Origin: an uncultured delta proteobacterium
GTDB lineage: Bacteria; Myxococcota_A; UBA9160; SZUA-336
Direction of reading: 5' to 3'
DNA: 64,000 nt
Assembly: GCA_963704165.1 (NCBI GenBank)
Contig: CAVPHD010000004.1
Coordinates: forward strand, 254,429 to 318,428
A model generated the notes under the pieces. The model did not search any database and was not told the DNA's origin. It worked only from the letters and a program-made list of their open reading frames with translations. The position numbers were made by a program, and so were the translations under genes. Within the stretch, counting starts at the first letter, position 1. Every line of letters starts with the position of its first letter. Below are positions 57,220 to 64,000 of this stretch, piece after piece.

Positions 57220-57577
57220 TCGAGGGCGTCGTGGATCTGACGGCGTTCGCGCGCGACTGGCGGCCGTTCGTGCTCCGGCGCGGAGCGGACATCCTGCGCG
57301 CGGATCACCTCTACCTGTCGCCCGACGCTCGCGCCTGTCTGATCGACGCGCTCTGCGTCGAGGCCGGTCGCAAGCAGCCCTTCTACGTGAAGCTCTCCGT
57401 GCACGATCGTGGCAGCGCGACGGTTCGCATCGATCCGATGACGCACCCGGAGCGGAGCCCCGGCGTACACGATCTGGTCGCGCATGTCGGCGCGCTGCTC
57501 CTGCGCGCGACGCCGGGAGGGCGAATCGGCACGACCAACGTCGTGGTACCATCCCAAAGCGACGGAGGTGAACCGCG

Positions 57578-57581
<4 letters not shown>
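57204..57581 (+). CDS. Hypothetical protein
   Basis: Overlaps the rnhB stop and the cysK start, suggesting operon membership; no motif recognised. Confidence 0.65.
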
Positions 57582-58527
<946 letters not shown>

Positions 58528-58531
<4 letters not shown>

Positions 58532-59148
58532 AGCCGGGCGCGAAGCGGGGTGAGCGAAGCCGCAAGCGCATCGTCGACTCCGCACGCGAGGTCTTCTTCG
58601 AGCAGGGCTTCGAGCGCGCGAACCTCGACGAGGTCGCTCGCCGCGCGGGCCTGGCGAAGGGCACGATCTACCGCCACTTCGAGAGCAAGGCCGAGCTCTA
58701 CGTCGAGATCCTCGTCCAGAACGCGGACACGTTCATCCAGCGCATGGTCCGTGTGATCGACCCGGAGCTTCCCGCCGCCGATCAGATCCGGCGGCTCGCA
58801 CGCTTCTACTTCGATCACTACACGACGCAGCTCGAGTACTTCCGGATCTTTTGGGCGATCGACAACCAGCGACTGATCGGGCAGCTCCCGCCCAACCTCG
58901 TCGAGCTCGTGACCGAGGTCTGGAAGCGCGCGCTGCTCCTGCTCTCGGAGGTGATCGAACGCGGCGTCGCGCGCGGTGAATTCGAGCCGTGCGATCCCTG
59001 GCTCAGCGCGAACGTGGTCTGGATCGGGGCCAATGCGGTGATCCAAACGCTCGAAGTTCCCGAGCGCCGCGCCCTCTGGGAGCGCGACGTCCCGCTCGTC
59101 TACCACGAGGCGATCGAGCTCTTCCTGCGCGGCCTCGCCAAGCGCTGA
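58528..59148 (+). CDS. TetR family regulator (probable CTG start)
   Basis: [10 protein letters not shown]...[21 protein letters not shown]; no ATG/GTG/TTG in frame before the HTH. Confidence 0.88.
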
Positions 59149-59167
59149 TCGGACAAGCGGGCCTGCG

Positions 59168-59196
59168 TTGACAAGCCGAGAACCGTCGGGGAAACT
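59168..59196 (+). promoter_or_regulatory. Putative sigma70 promoter of acp-fabH
   Basis: TTGACA-N17-GAAACT. Confidence 0.6.
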
Positions 59197-59279
59197 GAAA
59201 CGCGCTGAATGTGACCGTGAGTCATGTTTGGAGCGAGAGTGGGACGGCGCCGTCAGCTGCGCCTGGGGAGGAGAGGACA

Positions 59280-59522
59280 ATGGATCTCGGTGAGCGGATC
59301 TTTGCGATCGTTGGCGAGCAGCTCGGTGTCGAGAAGGAGACGCTGGTCCCCGAGGCGAACCTCCTCGATGACCTCGGCGCGGATTCACTCGACGTCGTCG
59401 AGCTCGTGATGGCGATCGAGGAGGAGTTCGGCATCGAGGTCCCGGACTCGGACGCGGAGAACATCCGCACCCTCGGCGACATCATGACCTACATCGAGGC
59501 GCGCGTAGAGACCGCTGCTTGA
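59280..59522 (+). CDS. acpP: Acyl carrier protein
   Basis: DDLGADSLDVVELVMAIEEEFGIEVPD; strong RBS. Confidence 0.95.
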   Translation: MDLGERIFAIVGEQLGVEKETLVPEANLLDDLGADSLDVVELVMAIEEEFGIEVPDSDAENIRTLGDIMTYIEARVETAA

Positions 59523-60511
59523 GCGTCCTGATCCGCAGCACCGGCTCCGCACTTCCGGAGCGGGTGATCTCGAACGCCGACCTCGAGAAGATGATCGATA
59601 CGAATGACGAGTGGATCGTCACGCGTACCGGTATCCGCGAGCGGCGCATGCTCGCGCCGGAAGAAGCGACGAGTGACATCGTCACACGCGCCGCGGAGCG
59701 TGCGCTCGAGCAGGCGCAGCTTTCGGCGGCCGACCTCGACCTGATCATCGTCGCGACCTGCACGCCCGACACGTTCACGCCGGCGACGGCGAACCACGTG
59801 CACCGGAGCCTGTGCCGCGGGCTGACGATTCCGGCCTTCGACGTGAACGCCGCCTGCTCCGGATTCGTGTACGGCCTCGAGGTCGCGACGAGCATGCTGA
59901 AGTCGGGGAGCTACCGGCGCGTGCTTCTGGCGGGCGGTGAAGGCTTGACGCGCTTCATGGACTACGAGGAGCGATCGGTCTGCATCCTGTTCGGCGACGC
60001 CGCGGGCGCGGTCGTACTCGAGCGAAGCGACGAGCCCGGGGGCGTGCTGGCCACGACGCTGAAGTCCGATGGTCAGTACAGCGACCTGATCCAGATTCCC
60101 GGCGGTGGTGCTCGCAAACCGATTTCACCGTACGTGCTCGCTCAGCGCGAAGCCTTCGTGCGCATGAACGGCCCGCAGGTCTTCAAGGTTGCGGTGCAGT
60201 CGATGGAGCAGGTCGCGCGCGACACGCTCGCGAAGGTCGGCTGGGGCATCGAGGACGTCGATTGGGTGATCGCGCATCAGGCGAACCAGCGGATCCTGCG
60301 CGCGGTGGCCGATCGTCTCGAGGTTCCACCGGAGAAGATGCCGACGAACCTCGACGTGCGTGGCAACACGTCGGCGGCGTCGATCCCGGTCCTGCTCGAC
60401 GAGTGCAATCGGGCCGGGCGCTTCGAGCGCGGGGACAAGATGCTCCTGGTCGCGTTCGGCGGTGGCCTCACCTGGGGCGCGGCGGCCGTGGAGTGGAATC
60501 AGGGTCGGTAG
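59519..60511 (+). CDS. fabH: Beta-ketoacyl-ACP synthase III
   Basis: RTGIRERR, NAACSGF, LFGDAAGA, HQAN, GNTSAASIP. Confidence 0.96.
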   Translation: MSVLIRSTGSALPERVISNADLEKMIDTNDEWIVTRTGIRERRMLAPEEATSDIVTRAAERALEQAQLSAADLDLIIVATCTPDTFTPATANHVHRSLCRGLTIPAFDVNAACSGFVYGLEVATSMLKSGSYRRVLLAGGEGLTRFMDYEERSVCILFGDAAGAVVLERSDEPGGVLATTLKSDGQYSDLIQIPGGGARKPISPYVLAQREAFVRMNGPQVFKVAVQSMEQVARDTLAKVGWGIEDVDWVIAHQANQRILRAVADRLEVPPEKMPTNLDVRGNTSAASIPVLLDECNRAGRFERGDKMLLVAFGGGLTWGAAAVEWNQGR

Positions 60512-60521
60512 CGCGCACGCA

Positions 60522-60734
60522 TCAGCGTCGAGCTCGCCAGACGGCGACGATACCGACGATCAGGAAGGCCGCCGCCATCAACCACGTCACCTTGCCGTCG
60601 AGGTGTGACTTGACCCGCTCGGCCGTGTAGTCTCGGATCGCCCCCGCGGGTGGTGTTTCGAGCAACACGGGCAGCGAGTAGAGCAGCGTCAGTACGACGA
60701 AGAGCGCGAAGCCAGCGACGACGACGAGCGTCAT
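60522..60734 (-). CDS. Small two-TM membrane protein
   Basis: Two hydrophobic helices and a basic C-terminus; fills the gap. Confidence 0.5.
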   Translation of the reverse strand: MTLVVVAGFALFVVLTLLYSLPVLLETPPAGAIRDYTAERVKSHLDGKVTWLMAAAFLIVGIVAVWRARR

Positions 60735-60840
60735 TCGGGGGAGCATGCTCGTCGAACGCGCCGGTGCGGGGCCTCTCTGCACGGCGCAGAGATACGCGGC
60801 CTTGTCCTGCGTCGCAAGTCCCGCGAGATTGGGGATCGAC

Positions 60841-61968
60841 ATGCATTTCGACTGGACCGAGATCCTGAAGGACGTCGACGCGCAGCTCGAGGCCGCGGAT
60901 CTGGTCGCGCGCGAAGACGTGGGACTGGATCCGGACCAGATCGAACGGCACGCGCGTGCGATCGCATCGGGTGAGCTCGGGAAGAGCTCGAGTGTCGTGT
61001 CCGGAGCGCTGAGGCTCGCCGGTCGCGAGGACGTCGAGAACATCGAGAACGCAACCGCAGGGGAGCGCGCCGAGTTCGATGCGCTCGGACGCGATGCGAT
61101 CACCGCCGGACGTGTCGCCGTCGTGGTCCTGAACGGCGGCATGGCGACGCGCTTCGGCGGCGAGGTCAAGGGGATCGTCGAGGCGGTCGGCGGCCGTACC
61201 TTCCTCGAAGTCAAGCTCGCGCAGGCGCGCAAGTTCGGCCGGGTGCCGTTCCTGATCATGAACAGCTTCGCGACCCACGCGCGCACGGTCGAGTTCCTCG
61301 CCGGCCACGAGCTTCGGGACATCGCCGAAGTCTTCCTGCAGAGCGTCAGCCTGCGTCTGACACCGAGCGGTGATCTCTTTCGCGACGCATCGGGCCGCGT
61401 CTCGCTCTACGCGCCGGGCCACGGCGATTTCCCCGGGAGCCTGCGCCGCTCGGGCCAGCTCGCCCGCCTCGGTGAGCTCGGGGTCGAGACACTGCTGCTC
61501 TCGAACATCGACAACCTCGGCGCGGAGCTCGATCCGCTCCTGGTCGGATTCCACCTCGCGCGGGAGAGAGAGCTGACCGCCGAGCTTGCAGAGACCTTGC
61601 CGGGAGACGTCGGCGGCGCGCCCGCGTTCGTCGACGGGCGGCTGCAGATCGTCGAGGGCTTCCGCTTCCCGCCGGGCTTCGATTTCGCAACCGTCCCATT
61701 CATGGCGACCAACACGTTCGCGATCTCGCGAACCCTGCTCGATCGCGAGTATCCGCTCTCTTGGTACTACGTCGAGAAGACGGTGGACGGACAGACGGCG
61801 GTGCAGATGGAGAGGCTGGTGAACGAACTCTCGAGCTTCGTCCCGACCCGCTATCTGGTCACGCCTCGCGGCGGACCGCGTGGACGCTTCTTCCCGATCA
61901 AGACGCGTGACGACCTCGAAGCGTTGCGTTCGGACGCGTCCCTCGTGCGGCGATTCTCCGGGCTATGA
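60841..61968 (+). CDS. UTP--glucose-1-phosphate uridylyltransferase family (UDPGP-type nucleotidyltransferase)
   Basis: VVLNGGMATRFG..VKG, LIMNS..TH, APGHGD, SNIDNLGA, ATNT. Confidence 0.85.
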   Translation: MHFDWTEILKDVDAQLEAADLVAREDVGLDPDQIERHARAIASGELGKSSSVVSGALRLAGREDVENIENATAGERAEFDALGRDAITAGRVAVVVLNGGMATRFGGEVKGIVEAVGGRTFLEVKLAQARKFGRVPFLIMNSFATHARTVEFLAGHELRDIAEVFLQSVSLRLTPSGDLFRDASGRVSLYAPGHGDFPGSLRRSGQLARLGELGVETLLLSNIDNLGAELDPLLVGFHLARERELTAELAETLPGDVGGAPAFVDGRLQIVEGFRFPPGFDFATVPFMATNTFAISRTLLDREYPLSWYYVEKTVDGQTAVQMERLVNELSSFVPTRYLVTPRGGPRGRFFPIKTRDDLEALRSDASLVRRFSGL

Positions 61969-61977
61969 TGAGCCGAG

Positions 61978-64000
61978 ATGCCGAAGAAGCTCTTGCTCGT
62001 GGACGCGAGTTCAAGCGTCTTCCGCGCGTTCTTCGCGATCCCCGCGCTCGCGAATAGCGCGGGCGTTCCGACCAATGCGACACTCGGCTTCACGACGATG
62101 CTGCAGAAGCTCCTGCGTGAGAGCCGTCCCGACTACGTCGCCGTGGTCTGGGACGCACCCGGGCCGAAGCGGCGCAAGGCGATCTACCCGGACTACAAGG
62201 CGACACGCGACGCGGCGCCCGAGGCGCTGCGCGCCCAGTTCCCGTGGATTCGCAGGATCGTCGACGCCTACCGGCTCTCTGCTCTGGAGTACGAGGGAGA
62301 GGAAGCCGACGACGTGATCGCGACGCTCGCGCGCTCGGCGGAGCGCGCGGGGATCCAGGTCGAGATCGCATCGACGGACAAGGATCTGATGCAGCTCGTC
62401 TCCGAGAACGTGACGCTCGTCGATACCATGCGCGACCGCCGTTTCTCGCCGGAGGCGGTCGAAGCGCGATTCGGCGTGCCGCCGGCTCGGATGCTCGACC
62501 TGCGCTCACTGATCGGGGACAGCTCCGACAACATCCCCGGCGTGAAGGGAATCGGCGAGAAGGGCGCCGCGCAGCTGCTCCGCGAGCACGGATCGCTCGA
62601 TGCCTTGCTCGCCAACCCCGATGCGATCGCGCAGAAGCGAGCACGCGAGGCGCTTCGAGAGGGAGCCGAGATGGCGCGGCTCTCCCGCGAACTCTCGCGC
62701 CTCCGCGAAGATCTGCCGGTCGAGTTCGATGCCGAGGAGATGGCGATTCGCGAGCCCGATTCGGCGGCGCTCGCCGAGCTCTTCCGCGGCCTCGAGTTCA
62801 AGCGCCTGCTCGACGATCTCGGCGCGACGGCACCGGACGCGCGAGCGGACGACCCGACGCAGACGCACGCGACCGATACGCGCGTGGTCGTCGGCGGAGC
62901 CGAGCTCGCAGCACTCGTTCGCGCACTCGAATCCGCAGCGACGCTCGCCATCGAGGCCGTGATCGAGCCCGATGATCCGATGCGCGGGGAGCTCGTCGCA
63001 CTCGCGCTCGCGGGATCGACCGACGCTGGCGCACTCGTTCCGCTGCGCGGAGACGACGGTGCCGAGGCGCTCGACTCCCTTCGCGGTCTGCTCGAGGCGC
63101 GCGAAAGGGTCTTCGTCGGCGGCGACCTCAAGCGCGCGGCGATCGCGCTCGCGAGGAACGGCGTGACGATCACGGGAGCGCTGCGCGACGTCGCGGTGGC
63201 GGCCTACGTCGCGAATCCGGCGCAGCCCGTCGGTCGACCCGACGCGCTCGCACGCGCGTATCTCGCGCGCAGCTTCACTCCCGAGGCGGAGCGCTTCGGA
63301 ACCGGCGCGAAGCGGCGGTCGTTCGACCAGGTTCCCGCCGCCGAGCTTGCGGAGCACTTCGCCGCGCTCGCCGCGCTCGATCACGCGCTTCTGTCCGCGC
63401 TCGAGGCCGACCTGGACCAGAGCGAGCAACGCGCGATCTACGAGGAGCTCGAAGTCCCGCTCGTCGGGGTGCTCGCGCGCATGGAGCTCGCGGGCGTCCG
63501 CATCGACCTCGCGAAGCTCGCCGAACTCGGAAAACGCCTCGAACACGAGCTGGCCGAGTCGCGGCGCCGCATCTACGCGCTGGCCGGGGAGGAGTTCAAC
63601 ATCGGGTCACCCAAGCAGCTGCAAGCGATCCTCTTCGACAAGCTCGCGCTCCCGCCGACCAAGAAGACGAAGACGGGATTCTCCACCGACGAATCGGTGC
63701 TCGAGGAGCTCGCGCTCGCGCACGAGCTTCCCGGGGAGATCCTCGCCTACCGCCAGCTCGCGAAGCTCTCGAGCACCTACGTCGAGGCGCTGCCCGAGCT
63801 CGTGCATCCCGAGACCGGGCGCATCCACTGCACGTTCAATCAGACCGTCGCCGCGACCGGTCGTTTGTCTTCGTCGAAGCCGAACCTGCAGAACATCCCG
63901 ATCCGAACGCCCCTCGGACAAGAGATCCGCGCCGCGTTCGTCCCCGCGGAGGGGCGTCTCCTGCTCTCGGCCGACTACAGCCAGATCGAGCTCCGGATCC
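61978..64000 (+). CDS. polA: DNA polymerase I (3' truncated by window edge)
   Basis: ATG 61978 in an uninterrupted frame: LLLVDASS..FRAFF, EADDVI, DKDL, GDSSDNIPGVKGIGEK, FNIGSPKQL, TGRLSSSKPNLQNIP, SADYSQIELR. Confidence 0.96.
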   Translation, partial: MPKKLLLVDASSSVFRAFFAIPALANSAGVPTNATLGFTTMLQKLLRESRPDYVAVVWDAPGPKRRKAIYPDYKATRDAAPEALRAQFPWIRRIVDAYRLSALEYEGEEADDVIATLARSAERAGIQVEIASTDKDLMQLVSENVTLVDTMRDRRFSPEAVEARFGVPPARMLDLRSLIGDSSDNIPGVKGIGEKGAAQLLREHGSLDALLANPDAIAQKRAREALREGAEMARLSRELSRLREDLPVEFDAEEMAIREPDSAALAELFRGLEFKRLLDDLGATAPDARADDPTQTHATDTRVVVGGAELAALVRALESAATLAIEAVIEPDDPMRGELVALALAGSTDAGALVPLRGDDGAEALDSLRGLLEARERVFVGGDLKRAAIALARNGVTITGALRDVAVAAYVANPAQPVGRPDALARAYLARSFTPEAERFGTGAKRRSFDQVPAAELAEHFAALAALDHALLSALEADLDQSEQRAIYEELEVPLVGVLARMELAGVRIDLAKLAELGKRLEHELAESRRRIYALAGEEFNIGSPKQLQAILFDKLALPPTKKTKTGFSTDESVLEELALAHELPGEILAYRQLAKLSSTYVEALPELVHPETGRIHCTFNQTVAATGRLSSSKPNLQNIPIRTPLGQEIRAAFVPAEGRLLLSADYSQIELRI

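Overview
Very GC-rich (about 70% by eye, not computed), densely coding bacterial chromosome segment. Gene content points to Myxococcota/Deltaproteobacteria (inference): Dif-like chemosensory cluster, ccsA-hem operon, PEP-CTERM protein, hrcA-grpE-dnaK-dnaJ. Most of it is housekeeping: heat shock (hrcA, grpE, dnaK, dnaJ, lon, groES-groEL with a CIRCE element), thiL, lexA, folE, ppiD, mreBCD-mrdA-rodA, trxA, hemA-C-D-B, lpxD, rnhB, cysK, acp-fabH and the 5' part of polA. I saw no rRNA, tRNA, CRISPR array or mobile element. About ten single-base frameshifts break conserved genes (larC, mreB, mreC, mreD, mrdA, a peptidase, an ABC1 kinase) and are most likely assembly errors. Four features stand out. 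(1) A stand-alone 70-aa histone-fold gene with archaeal HMf spacing but without the tetramer-interface residues. (2) A secreted-protein locus in which a PEP-CTERM protein sits between two TSP3 proteins sharing a near-identical dockerin-like C-terminus, a candidate cohesin-dockerin surface assembly. (3) Two tandem PTPS/QueD genes that have lost complementary halves of the inter-subunit active site, suggesting an obligate heteromer. (4) A cheA split exactly at an anomalous A9 run between the Hpt and kinase modules, a candidate programmed slippage site. All family assignments come from motif recognition by eye; no searches were run.
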